A DNA stretch of 64,000 nucleotides. It comes from Vicinamibacterales bacterium (GTDB lineage Bacteria; Acidobacteriota; Vicinamibacteria; Vicinamibacterales; JAMQPK01). Shown here in pieces: positions 50,346-59,915 of this stretch. Numbering within the stretch: position 1 is the stretch's first letter; each line of letters begins with the position of its first letter. Under the pieces are notes generated by a model that ran no database searches, was not told the DNA's origin, and saw only the letters and a program-made list of their open reading frames with translations. A program made the position numbers and the translations under genes. The stretch spans positions 636,061 to 700,060 of the forward strand of contig CAVVBP010000012.1 in NCBI GenBank assembly GCA_963746535.1. Reading direction: 5' to 3'.

Positions 50346-51338
50346 CTACTCCGCTCGCTCCACCAGCCCCATGCTCTCAGGTCCGTAGCGCTCGCCCGCG
50401 ACGGCGTCAGTCTGAAACGCCCCGTCGAGCTCGCTCATCTCTCGAGGCGTCAGCGTGACGTTCACGGCTTCGACGTTCTCTTCCAGGTAGCGGAGGCGCT
50501 TGGTGCCCGGGATGGGCACAATGTCGTCGCCTTTGTGCAGCAGCCACGCGAGCGCGAGCTGTGCCGCCGAGCAGCCCTTCGAGCGCGCCATGCGCTCGAG
50601 ACCTTCGACCAGACGCACGTTCCGGGAAATGTTTTCCTGCTGAAAGCGCGGCAAGTGCCGGCGGACGTCGTTCTCCACGAGACCGCCGGTGTCCTTCACC
50701 GTGCCGGTCAGGAACCCGCGGCCGAGCGGGCTGAATGGCACGAAGCCAATGCCAAGCTCGCGGCACGCCGAGAGCACGGCCCGCTCCGGATCTCTCGACC
50801 AGAGCGAGAACTCCGACTGAAGCGCGGCGATCGGATGAATCTTCACCGCGCGGCGCAACGTTTCGGGACCCGCTTCCGACAACCCGAGAAAGCGCACTTT
50901 CCCTTCGCGGACGAGATCCGCCATCGCCCCAACCGTCTCTTCGATCGGCACATTGGGATCGACCCGGTGGAGGTAGTAGAGATCGATGACGTCCACACCG
51001 AGACGGGCGAGGCTCGCGTCGCACGACGGCCTGACGACTTCGGCCCGGGCGTCAACGCCCGCCGACATCGCGCTCGCTCCCATGCTGAGACCGAACTTCG
51101 TCGCCAGCACCACATCTTTTCGCCGGTCGCGAATGGCGCGGCCCACGAGCTCTTCGTTCTCTCCCTTGCCGTACACGTTCGCCGTATCCACGAGCGTGAC
51201 GCCGAGGTCGAGGGCGCGATGGATGGTGCGAATGGATTCGTCGGCGTCGGGCGTCCCATAGCTCTGCGACATGCCCATGCAACCCAGGCCAATCGCCGAC
51301 ACCTTCAAGCCGCTTCTACCGAGTTGCCGATACATCAT
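50346..51338 (-). CDS. Aldo/keto reductase (AKR13-like)
   Basis: [31 protein letters not shown] and VPIPGTKR. Confidence 0.93.
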   Translation of the reverse strand: MMYRQLGRSGLKVSAIGLGCMGMSQSYGTPDADESIRTIHRALDLGVTLVDTANVYGKGENEELVGRAIRDRRKDVVLATKFGLSMGASAMSAGVDARAEVVRPSCDASLARLGVDVIDLYYLHRVDPNVPIEETVGAMADLVREGKVRFLGLSEAGPETLRRAVKIHPIAALQSEFSLWSRDPERAVLSACRELGIGFVPFSPLGRGFLTGTVKDTGGLVENDVRRHLPRFQQENISRNVRLVEGLERMARSKGCSAAQLALAWLLHKGDDIVPIPGTKRLRYLEENVEAVNVTLTPREMSELDGAFQTDAVAGERYGPESMGLVERAE

Positions 51339-53479
51339 GGGAGTTTTACCGTCCAGAGGCTGCCGCGCTGTTCGGCGCGCTCGAAGACTATCGTCTGCCG
51401 CGTGCGCGACCAGCTCGGATAGCGCACGTAACCCTCTACCGACGTGAAGTCGGTGATCTGCCGCACGTGCTTCGTCGTCCGCGACACGGTGTAGATATTC
51501 CACACGCCGTCGCGCTGTCCCGCAAAGACGATGCGATCGTTGTCGGGCGACCAGGAAAACGGCCAGCTCTGGCCGCGTTCGGTGACGAGCATTTCGACCG
51601 GGCCGCCGTCTTTCGGTACGACGCCGATGTGGGTGTGATCGCCGCGCTTGGTCTCGACCACGATCGATTTGCCGTCGGGTGACCACGCCGGGTAGGACAT
51701 GGCTTCGCCGTCGAAGGTCACCTGCGTTCGCGGCCCGCCTTCCAGCGATTGCCTCCAGACGTTGATGACGCCATTTTCTTCGATGAGGTGGAACGCGATC
51801 TCGCGCCCGTCCGGCGACAGGTGCGGGTTCATCACGCCCTCCGCCGACACAGGAATCGGCGTCAACTGGCGCGTGGCGACGTCGAGCCATGCAAACGACC
51901 ATTTGCGATCGGGCGTACCGGTGTAGACGAACAGCCGCTTCTCATCGGGCGACCACTGCGGCCCCCAGACACCGACCGACAGCCCGACGGTCAGCGGCTC
52001 GCGACGCTCGCCGTCCTCGTCGATGATCCAGGTGGTCGGCGGCTGGCCGATGGCGAACTGCTGGAACGCGATCATCCCGCCGCGCGAATGACGCGGCTGA
52101 GTGTTGCGGACGTCATCGGCGGTCAGCGGAACCGCGCGTGCGATGCCGTGCGCGGGAACATCGACCGACCAGAGGTTGGCGGACGCGCGAATCAGCCAGA
52201 GCACCGTCGTGCTGTCGCGCGCGATGGAGAAATCTCCCACGAACGTGCCGGTGAAGGTCTGAATCGCCTGCGGCGGCCCGGTCGGCACACCCTCGGCATC
52301 GATGGCTGCCCGCATCAACGTGTCGTTGCCTTCGATGGTTCGGCCCACCCAGAGGACGGCCTGGCCATCGGTCGAAAAGTGCGGCACCGCACCGAGTCCG
52401 ATCTTGGATTGCACAGAGCCATCCATCGACGCGGTCCAGATCTCTGTAATCAGGTGCCCGTGCGAGACGGCGAACACCACGAGTTTTCCGTTTGGCGATA
52501 CCGACGGCCTGGAGTGGCCGCCGCGAGGCACTCCCGGCTTCGTCAACTGACGGCGATCGCTGCCGTCCGCGCCCACGATCCACAGCACCGACTGCGCCGC
52601 CATACCTCCCGCGTCGGACGAGAAGACCAGCTGGCGGCCGTCCGGCGTCCAGGCGGGCTGCGATCCGAAATCGACCACTTGACGCGCGACACCGCCGGCC
52701 GACGGCACTATCCAGATGCCGCCTTTCTTTCTCGAGTGATACGCAATCCGCTGCCCGTCCGGCGACCAGTCCGCGAACATGTTCTGGCCGCCGTCGCTCG
52801 TTAGCGCCATCTCTTTGCCCGCGGCAAAACCCGCCGTGTAGATCTCCATCGAGCCGCTCTGATCGGACGAATAGGCGACGGTCCGCCCGTCCGGTGAGAT
52901 CGACGGAAACGAGTAGGAATGACTCTCGGTCGTGAACCGGCGTGGCGAAAGCGGCGGCGTGGTCGATTGATCGACGGCCGCAGTCGAACCACGGCTCCGG
53001 AAGGCGTAGGCGCCGATGCCGATGGCGGCAAGGAGCAATGCGGTTATCGCAAACGCCGCAAGGCCTGGACGCCGCGACTCGGCGGCGATCTGGGGTAAGG
53101 CCACCGCTGCGGCAGCGGGTTCGGCCGAAGACACAAACGATGCGGCCGACAGCGCGTGGCCGGTCTCCACTGGAGCGATGAACCGGTAGCCGCGCCTGGC
53201 GACCGTTTCGACGTACTTCGCTTCGAACGCGTCGTCTCCCAGCGCCTTGCGCAGTTGCGCAATCGCGCGGGTCAGGACGTTGGGCGTCACGAACGTGTCC
53301 TTCCAGACCACGTCGAGCAGCTCGTCCTTGGTCACCAGCCGATCGCGATGCTCCAGGAGGTAGCGCAGCACGTCGAAGGTCTTCGGCTCGAGCGACACGG
53401 GCTGCCCGGCCCGCGACACCGAGAGCCGCCGGAGGTCGACCCTAACATCACCGAATTCAAGGACTTCCGGCGCCATCAC
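51335..53479 (-). CDS. Membrane-spanning one-component regulator: CadC-like wHTH, TM helix, TolB/PD40 beta-propellers
   Basis: [39 protein letters not shown], one TM segment and many (W/I)SPDG repeats. Confidence 0.9.
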   Translation of the reverse strand: MMAPEVLEFGDVRVDLRRLSVSRAGQPVSLEPKTFDVLRYLLEHRDRLVTKDELLDVVWKDTFVTPNVLTRAIAQLRKALGDDAFEAKYVETVARRGYRFIAPVETGHALSAASFVSSAEPAAAAVALPQIAAESRRPGLAAFAITALLLAAIGIGAYAFRSRGSTAAVDQSTTPPLSPRRFTTESHSYSFPSISPDGRTVAYSSDQSGSMEIYTAGFAAGKEMALTSDGGQNMFADWSPDGQRIAYHSRKKGGIWIVPSAGGVARQVVDFGSQPAWTPDGRQLVFSSDAGGMAAQSVLWIVGADGSDRRQLTKPGVPRGGHSRPSVSPNGKLVVFAVSHGHLITEIWTASMDGSVQSKIGLGAVPHFSTDGQAVLWVGRTIEGNDTLMRAAIDAEGVPTGPPQAIQTFTGTFVGDFSIARDSTTVLWLIRASANLWSVDVPAHGIARAVPLTADDVRNTQPRHSRGGMIAFQQFAIGQPPTTWIIDEDGERREPLTVGLSVGVWGPQWSPDEKRLFVYTGTPDRKWSFAWLDVATRQLTPIPVSAEGVMNPHLSPDGREIAFHLIEENGVINVWRQSLEGGPRTQVTFDGEAMSYPAWSPDGKSIVVETKRGDHTHIGVVPKDGGPVEMLVTERGQSWPFSWSPDNDRIVFAGQRDGVWNIYTVSRTTKHVRQITDFTSVEGYVRYPSWSRTRQTIVFERAEQRGSLWTVKLP

Positions 53480-53544
53480 AACTTCCTCATAACTCCCGGG
53501 GGAAACATCACGCGTCTCCGGCGAATCCTCATCTGAGCCTCACG
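53474..53544. promoter_or_regulatory. Five helically phased C(A/C)TCAY direct repeats, candidate wHTH binding sites
   Basis: Units start at 53474, 53485, 53506, 53527 and 53538 (spacing 11, 21, 21, 11). Confidence 0.55.
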
Positions 53545-53599
53545 ACCTGGCCCGTCTTCGCAGCGCATCGTGGCTCCTCGAAGAGCAAAGGAGCCGCCA

Positions 53600-54454
53600 G
53601 TGCCCGTCAAATCGTTCATCAGTGCGTTTCTCATCATCGTGTCGAGCTCGATCGCAGCCGCCGATTCGTCGTGGGTGCCGCTTTCGATCGACGCATCGGG
53701 CGCCATCGTGGTCCCCGTGCACGTCAACGGTCGCGGTCCGTTTCTGTTTCTGCTCGATACCGGCTCGAGTCACTCGGTGATGAGTCGATCGCTCGCCGAC
53801 GGGCTCAACCTGGAATTCATCGCCAGGACGCCGGTGACGACAACGACGGGCCGCGAGATGCGGCCGGTCGTCAAACTGGATCAGACGGCCATCGGGGCCG
53901 TACGGTTTGACGGCCTTCTTGTGTCGATTGTTGATTCGGCACAACTGGCCGCGATTCGGCAGAACATCGAGGGCATTATCGGCCAGGACTTCCTGTTTGC
54001 CCTCAACTATACCCTCGATTACCGGCATCATCGTCTGTCGTGGACCGATGACGATGCGCGCGACGGTGCCACGCGACTTCCGCTCGTCGCCGAGCAGGGA
54101 CGTTATCTCGTGCGCCTCGGGTCGCACGGCGCTCGGGCTCCGGTCCTGCTGGTTCCCGACTCGGGTTCGAACGGCTTCGTCCTGTATGCGCGCGACGGGC
54201 GCACGCCGCTCCCGCTCGAGCCCGCGTCGGCGGCCCTGTCGGTGCACAGCTTGTCAGGCGGACAAGATGCCCGCGCGATGATTCTTCGCGAGCTGAAGCT
54301 TGGCGATGTGACGGTGAGAGATCAGCCGGTGGCGCTCGTCTCGCGCGATTCCGGCAACCGGCTCGAGGGAGATGGGTTGCTGCCGTTGCATTTGTTCGAC
54401 AGCGTGTCGTTCAACGCCCGGGACAAACAGTTGACGATTCGCGCGAGAAAATGA
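53600..54454 (+). CDS. Secreted two-domain retropepsin-like aspartyl protease
   Basis: AAAGGAG RBS, signal peptide, FLLDTGSS with GIIGQDFL, second LVPDSGSN with DGLLP. Confidence 0.85.
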   Translation: MPVKSFISAFLIIVSSSIAAADSSWVPLSIDASGAIVVPVHVNGRGPFLFLLDTGSSHSVMSRSLADGLNLEFIARTPVTTTTGREMRPVVKLDQTAIGAVRFDGLLVSIVDSAQLAAIRQNIEGIIGQDFLFALNYTLDYRHHRLSWTDDDARDGATRLPLVAEQGRYLVRLGSHGARAPVLLVPDSGSNGFVLYARDGRTPLPLEPASAALSVHSLSGGQDARAMILRELKLGDVTVRDQPVALVSRDSGNRLEGDGLLPLHLFDSVSFNARDKQLTIRARK

Positions 54455-54462
54455 TCGCCGGC

Positions 54463-55371
54463 TCAGGACACGTCGGTGACGCCGAGCTGAGGCCAGCGTC
54501 GCGTCGCATATCCTTCGATCGCGAACAGCGCGAGCGCGCACCACACGAGGCCGAACCCGATGAGCTGAATACGGGTGAATGGTTCGTTGTAGAGCAGCAC
54601 GCCGATGGAGATCTGCATCGTCGGATTGATGTACTGGAGCATGCCGACAAGCGACAGCGGAATCCGGCGGACACCGGCCGCAAACAGCAGCAACGGCAGC
54701 GTCGTCGTGGGACCGGCGGCGAGCATCAGGCTGTCGCGCAGCAGCCCTGAATGCAGGAACGCGCCGCGTCCCGCCTGCGCCTCGACGAGCAGGTAGAGCG
54801 CCGCCGGCACGAAGAGGATGCCTGTCTCGAGCGCCAGCCCATGAACGGCGCTCAGCGGCGCGACTTTCTTCATCAGACCGTACGTGCCGAACGAAGCGGC
54901 CAGCGACAATGCGATCCAGGGCAGCTCGCGCAGGGCGATTGTGAGATACAACACGCCGGCGGCCGCCAGCGCCACGGATATCCACTGCGGTCTCCGCAGC
55001 CGCTCGTGGAAGATCAGCGTGCCCAGCACGACGCTCAGCAGGGGATTGATGAAATACCCGAGACTGATCTGCACGATCTGGTTGACGCTGACGGCCCAGA
55101 CGAAGACCAGCCAGTTGAAGGCAATCGCCAGCGCCGCCACCGTATAGACAACGATGACGCGAGGGGTCCGAACAGCCTGCCACAACTCTCCCCAATCCTT
55201 CGATCGCGCAATCAGCAGGACCAGTACGAGGAGCGACCAGACGATCCGGTGGCAGATGAGCTGAAGCGATGAGATGCCGGCGAGGACCTTCCAGTAGATC
55301 GGAAAGAAGCCCCAGAGCGTGTACGCCAGCCCGACATACCAGGCACCTTTCGTGTGTTCGGATGAGGACAC
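54463..55371 (-). CDS. rarD: EamA-family transporter RarD
   Basis: WGFFPIYWK, HRIVWS, SLGYFINPL and GMLQYINPT. Confidence 0.92.
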   Translation of the reverse strand: MSSSEHTKGAWYVGLAYTLWGFFPIYWKVLAGISSLQLICHRIVWSLLVLVLLIARSKDWGELWQAVRTPRVIVVYTVAALAIAFNWLVFVWAVSVNQIVQISLGYFINPLLSVVLGTLIFHERLRRPQWISVALAAAGVLYLTIALRELPWIALSLAASFGTYGLMKKVAPLSAVHGLALETGILFVPAALYLLVEAQAGRGAFLHSGLLRDSLMLAAGPTTTLPLLLFAAGVRRIPLSLVGMLQYINPTMQISIGVLLYNEPFTRIQLIGFGLVWCALALFAIEGYATRRWPQLGVTDVS

Positions 55372-55375
55372 TATC

Positions 55376-55969
55376 TCATCCCAGCTTCGGGAGGAATCGT
55401 CCGGTGCGATTCATGTAATCGCGATAAGAGTCGCCGAATCGCGCGACCAGACGATCCTCTTCCCTTTTCGTGCGCAGCACGATCAGCGCAAGCGCGAGCG
55501 CACCGCCAACGAACAAGAACCAGTTGGCCGCCGCGAGGGCATTGGCCGTCAGCAACAGCGCCACGGCATCGTAGAACGGATGACGGACCCAACGATACGG
55601 TCCCCTGGTCACGAGCGTGTGTTCACGGCGGGTCACGACCGTATCGGTGAGGTTCTTTCCGAGGCAGCGGAGAGTCCAGACGAGCAACAATCCTGCGAGC
55701 ACGTCGAGTCCGATGCCGGTCCAGCGCAACCACACAGGAACCGGCGTCGACGACCATGCCATCCATGCCGGATTCACGAGATACGCGAAGAATCCGATCA
55801 TGGTCGCGCCGCCGATCGCTCTCAGCGTGAAAAGAATGAAGGCCCCCTCCTGCCAGCGGTCGAGGCTTTCACCGGTCGCCTGGGATCTGATGCGATGGAA
55901 GATCGTGATCGGAAAAATCAACAACGAGATGAGAACCAGGATGCGATGGAACGTCTCGTCGTCTGTCAT
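55376..55969 (-). CDS. Isoprenylcysteine carboxyl methyltransferase (ICMT/Ste14) family protein
   Basis: HTLVTRGPYRWVRHPFY and EEDRLVARFGDSYRDY. Confidence 0.88.
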   Translation of the reverse strand: MTDDETFHRILVLISLLIFPITIFHRIRSQATGESLDRWQEGAFILFTLRAIGGATMIGFFAYLVNPAWMAWSSTPVPVWLRWTGIGLDVLAGLLLVWTLRCLGKNLTDTVVTRREHTLVTRGPYRWVRHPFYDAVALLLTANALAAANWFLFVGGALALALIVLRTKREEDRLVARFGDSYRDYMNRTGRFLPKLG

Positions 55970-55982
55970 GAGAATACCTTGT

Positions 55983-56012
55983 CGAACCTACGAACCTACG
56001 AACCTACGAACC
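55983..56012. repeat. Octamer tandem repeat (CGAACCTA), about 4 units
   Basis: cgaaccta cgaaccta cgaaccta cgaacc; supplies the stop codon of the peroxidase. Confidence 0.8.
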
Positions 56013-56475
56013 CGTACAGCTCCTTCTCGATGGCTTCCGGCTTTACGCGCGAGCCGTAGCGCTTCAACACGTCGCCGTTGGGGCCAACGAGGAACTTCGT
56101 GAAGTTCCACGCAATCGCCTCACGCCCGAGAAATCCTTTTTTCTCCGCTTTCAGAAAGCGAAACAGCGGATGCGCGTTCGCGCCGTTGACCTCAATCCTG
56201 GCGAACAACGGAAACGTCACGCTGCAGTAGTCGTCGCAGAACTGGCGAATCTCCTCGTTGCTGCCCGGCTCCTGACGGCCGAATTGATTGCAGGGAAACC
56301 CGAGGACGACGAGATCGTCCTTGCGCCGCCGGTAGAGCTCTTCCAGTCCCTTGTATTGAGGCGTGAACCCGCACCGGCTCGCCACGTTCACGATGAGGAG
56401 CCTTTTTCCGCGGTAGCGATCGAGCGTGACCGTCTGGCCGTCGATTGTCGTCAACGGGATCTCGTACAGGCTCAT
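55996..56475 (-). CDS. Glutathione peroxidase family (Cys-type, BtuE/GpxA-like)
   Basis: VNVASRCGFTPQY, GFPCNQFGRQEPG and WNFTKFL. Confidence 0.93.
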   Translation of the reverse strand: MSLYEIPLTTIDGQTVTLDRYRGKRLLIVNVASRCGFTPQYKGLEELYRRRKDDLVVLGFPCNQFGRQEPGSNEEIRQFCDDYCSVTFPLFARIEVNGANAHPLFRFLKAEKKGFLGREAIAWNFTKFLVGPNGDVLKRYGSRVKPEAIEKELYGFVGS

Positions 56476-57086
56476 CAATCGCCAACGTCGATGGGCGCGA
56501 GGCAGTCGGTCTCGCTGACCCGCTGCGGAAGCCACGAGTTGAAGTCGGCGTCGGCGCCCGCCACGAACACGATTGGCGACAGCGCTTCCGAATCGAGGCC
56601 GAGCTGCCGCCGGAACTGCACGATGGCAGGCGCGTCGAACGAGACGAAATAAACCTGACGGGTACGGCCAGGCTCGCTGACGCGACGGTGGACGAGACAG
56701 CGCGGCGTCGGAGCCGACTCGACCCCGGCGGCGCGTGCCGCCGCGACCAGCGCATCCTCGGGCATCTGATCCCCGACGTCGCGATCGAACTCACTCTTCA
56801 ATACGACCGACAAGGCCGGCGCCGTTGGCGTGTTCAGCGATTCCATCGACCGCGCAAATATCTGCTTGAAGAGCCCGCTCGCAAGCTCGGCGGCAGGCCG
56901 CAGGACAAGAACCGGATCGTTGGGCTTGGACGCGTGCTCGAGCGCCAGCGTCCAGGTTCGCAGATGCTGCGGCGGCACCGTGTACGGCGCGGTTCGCGTG
57001 TCGTGAAGCGAACGCACGAACAGAAAGGCGAACAGGCCCAGCAGGACGACGCCTGCCAAAATTTTGATGAGAGCAGACTGTTTCAC
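56475..57086 (-). CDS. Membrane-anchored hypothetical protein
   Basis: GTG start, N-terminal TM ILAGVVLLGLFAFLFV; stop overlaps the peroxidase start. Confidence 0.7.
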   Translation of the reverse strand: MKQSALIKILAGVVLLGLFAFLFVRSLHDTRTAPYTVPPQHLRTWTLALEHASKPNDPVLVLRPAAELASGLFKQIFARSMESLNTPTAPALSVVLKSEFDRDVGDQMPEDALVAAARAAGVESAPTPRCLVHRRVSEPGRTRQVYFVSFDAPAIVQFRRQLGLDSEALSPIVFVAGADADFNSWLPQRVSETDCLAPIDVGD

Positions 57087-57108
57087 GTGAGGCAAGTGTA
57101 CCGAAAAC

Positions 57109-57167
57109 GGGGTCGGGAGGGGTTTTCCCACGTCGGTCCTGTCCGTGGGAAAACCCCTCCCGACCCC
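57109..57167. repeat. Perfect 24-bp inverted repeat (hairpin)
   Basis: GGGGTCGGGAGGGGTTTTCCCACG, 11-nt loop, CGTGGGAAAACCCCTCCCGACCCC. Confidence 0.88.
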
Positions 57168-57171
57168 TTCT

Positions 57172-58668
57172 TCACCAGTCGGTCGGCCGGTAGTTCTTCA
57201 GAAACAGTCCCCACATGTGCTTCCCGGTGTTGAACCCGGAAATAATCGGATCGACGATGCGTGCGCCGCCGTCGACGCTGTCGAGGGGCGGGCTGAAGCG
57301 CTGCTCGATCTCTTTTCGCGCGGCGATCTCCACCGGATCCTCGTCGGTCACCCAGCCGGTGTCCACGCTGTTCATGTGAATCCCGTCGTGGTGATAGTCA
57401 GTGGCCGATGTGCGCGTCATCATGTTGAGCGCGGCCTTCGCCATGTTCGTGTGCGGATGACGCGTGGTCTTGAACCGGCGATAGAACTGGCCCTCTATCG
57501 CCGACACGTTGACGATGTGTTTGTCGCGATCCGGCGTGAGGGTCATCAGCGGCTTCAGCCGCGCGTTCAGGATGAACGGCGCGATGGCGTTGACGAGCTG
57601 TACTTCGAGCAGCTCGACGGTCGCCACCTCGTGCAGGAGCAGCCGCCACGAGTTGCGCCCACGCAGATCGACCTGCTGCAGATCCTGGTCGAGCTGGCCC
57701 GCCGGGAATAGCTCGTTTTGTGACACGAGCTCTTCGACGAGCAAGGGCACCTGAGACAGGCTCGGCGCATGTGCGATTCCAGGAACGGCCGGACGATCGT
57801 ACTCGCCGACGAGCCTCAGCGAGTGCTCGGGCATGGCTTCGAGCGCTGCACGCTCTCCTTCCATCATGTGCGCGTAGAACGCGGGCGGCCGCCGCACAGT
57901 CTGGCACGCGTTGTTGACGATGAAGTCGAGCCGCCGGTGAGTCCGCAGCATCTCGCGGCAGAACGCTTCGACGCTGGGTGTGTGCCGGAGGTCGAGGCCG
58001 AAGATCTCCAGCCGGTGGCCCCACTCGCCAAAGTCGGGCTCGCGCGAGTAGCGTGCCGCGGAATCGCGCGGAAAACGGGTGGTCACGATCAAATGCGCGC
58101 CAGACCGGAGCAGCTTGAGCCCGGCCTGATAGCCGATCTTCACCCGCCCTCCTGTGAGCAGGGCGACACGCCCGCCGAGATCGGCCAGCTCGGTGCGCTT
58201 CGCGAAGTTCAGCTCGGCGCACGATGGACACATCTGATCGTAGAAATGGTGAATCTCGTCGTATGCCTGCTTGCAGACGTAGCAGTGGCGAGGCTCGATG
58301 GTCCTGGCGACGCCGGGCGCCGCCGATTCTCCAGGAGCGTCTTCGTCCTCGACATCCTGCTGCTGAAAGCGCGAGGGTGGGAACACGTTCGGCGAGTGAA
58401 AGGTCGGTTTACGCCGAAGAGCCTGGATGCCGGTCTCGGATCGTTTGGCCTGCTCGGCCTTGTTACGCGCCGCTCTGCGATCGCGCGCCGCGGCGCGTTT
58501 CATCAGCCGGCGCTCGGCGCGGTCGGGACTGTAGACACGCGCCACCGCCTGCAGAAACCGATGCCGCTCTTCCCGGTCCGCGCCGTTCAGCACCGATCGG
58601 TCGTCGGCCACCGCGTTCAGAAATTCCGTCGTCAGTCGAAGCCGTTCGAGGATGGCGGTCTCAGACAT
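57172..58668 (-). CDS. Atypical SDR oxidoreductase with CxxC..CxxC motif
   Basis: CYVCK...CPSC, VALLTGGRVKIG, VNNACQT, HTNMAKAALN and DTGWVTDE. Confidence 0.85.
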   Translation of the reverse strand: MSETAILERLRLTTEFLNAVADDRSVLNGADREERHRFLQAVARVYSPDRAERRLMKRAAARDRRAARNKAEQAKRSETGIQALRRKPTFHSPNVFPPSRFQQQDVEDEDAPGESAAPGVARTIEPRHCYVCKQAYDEIHHFYDQMCPSCAELNFAKRTELADLGGRVALLTGGRVKIGYQAGLKLLRSGAHLIVTTRFPRDSAARYSREPDFGEWGHRLEIFGLDLRHTPSVEAFCREMLRTHRRLDFIVNNACQTVRRPPAFYAHMMEGERAALEAMPEHSLRLVGEYDRPAVPGIAHAPSLSQVPLLVEELVSQNELFPAGQLDQDLQQVDLRGRNSWRLLLHEVATVELLEVQLVNAIAPFILNARLKPLMTLTPDRDKHIVNVSAIEGQFYRRFKTTRHPHTNMAKAALNMMTRTSATDYHHDGIHMNSVDTGWVTDEDPVEIAARKEIEQRFSPPLDSVDGGARIVDPIISGFNTGKHMWGLFLKNYRPTDW

Positions 58669-58688
58669 CCCGGAAAGCGTATCAAAAA

Positions 58689-58756
58689 CAGAAGATCAGA
58701 AGGTCAGAAGACAAGAAGTCTTTTCCAGTATGACCTCATAATCTCCTGATCTCTTG
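58689..58756. repeat. Inverted octamer array (CAGAAGAT)n/(ATCTCCTG)n
   Basis: cagaagatcagaaggtcagaagacaagaag ... tgacctcataatctcctgatctcttg. Confidence 0.65.
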
Positions 58757-58771
58757 TTTTGGCTTTTTCTG

Positions 58772-59915
58772 TCAGGCCAGCCGCTTGCTCGATCGCAGAC
58801 GGCCAGCGTCAGAATCACCACGCCCCACGCGAAGAGCGCCAGCGCCTGCGGCCACAGCGTCTCGAGGCCGACGCCCTTCAGGAAGATGCCGCGGAGGATG
58901 ATGACGAAATAGCGAAGCGGAATCAGGTACGTGAGCGGCTGAATGCCGATCGGGCATGTTCTCGATCGGAAAGACGAAGCCCGAGAGGTACATCATCGGC
59001 ATCAGGAAGAAGAACGTCGAGGTCATCATCGCCTGCTGCTGCGTGTTCGAGATCGTCGAGACGAACAGGCCCAGGCCGAGCGTCGTCAGCAGGTAGACGC
59101 AGCTCATCGCGACGAGCAGCCAGAAGCTGCCGCGCAGCGGCACCTCGAACCAGAACACGATGACCAGCAGCACGATCATCACGTCGATCAGCCCGATCGC
59201 GCCGTACGGGCAGCAGCTTGCCGACGATCAGCTGAACGCGGCCGAGCGGCGTCACGTTCAGCTGCTCGAGCGTGCCGACCTCGCGCTCGCGCACGATCGC
59301 CATCGACGACAGGTTCGACGTCACGACCAGCAGCAGCAGCGCGAAGATGCCGGGCAGCATGAAGTAGCGGCTCTCGAGCGTCGGGTTGAACCAGACGCGC
59401 ACGCGCGGCTCGATGCCCGACCGCCCGACGTCCTGCGCGACGCGCCCGCGGCCCGATCGCGCCGTCTGCTCCACGAGATCCTGCGCGTAGCCGGCGATGA
59501 GGTTGCTCGCGTATCCCATCGCGATGTTCGTGGAGCTCGCGTCCGATCCGTCCGCCACGATCTGCAGCGAGGCCGGCCGCCCAGTCGCGACGCTCTCGCC
59601 GTAGCGCGGCGGAATCGACAGCGCCATCCAGGCACGGCCGCCCTCGAGGTACGGATCGACGTCCTCGATGCTCGAGACGACGTCGACGATGGTGAACGTG
59701 CCGGACGGCGCTGAAACGGCTGATCGAGCGCCTGGCTGCGCCGCGCTGCGATCGGCGTCGACGATGACGATCGGCACGTTGCGGACGTCGGTGGTCGCGG
59801 CGTAGCCGAGAACGGTGAGCTGCACGATCGGCGCGATGAAGATGATGGAGAAGATGCGCGGGTCCTGCCGCAGCTCGAGCACCTCCTTCCACATCATGAA
59901 GATGATGCGTCTCAT
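58772..59915 (-). CDS. ABC-2 transporter permease (YbhR-like); several frameshifts
   Basis: KEVLELRQDP, RVWFNP, AIVREREVGTLEQL and LSGFVFPIENMP. Confidence 0.88.

Noticed and set aside
55996-56475. Selenocysteine glutathione peroxidase
   Set aside because: The active-site codon is Cys (SRCG) and there is no in-frame TGA.
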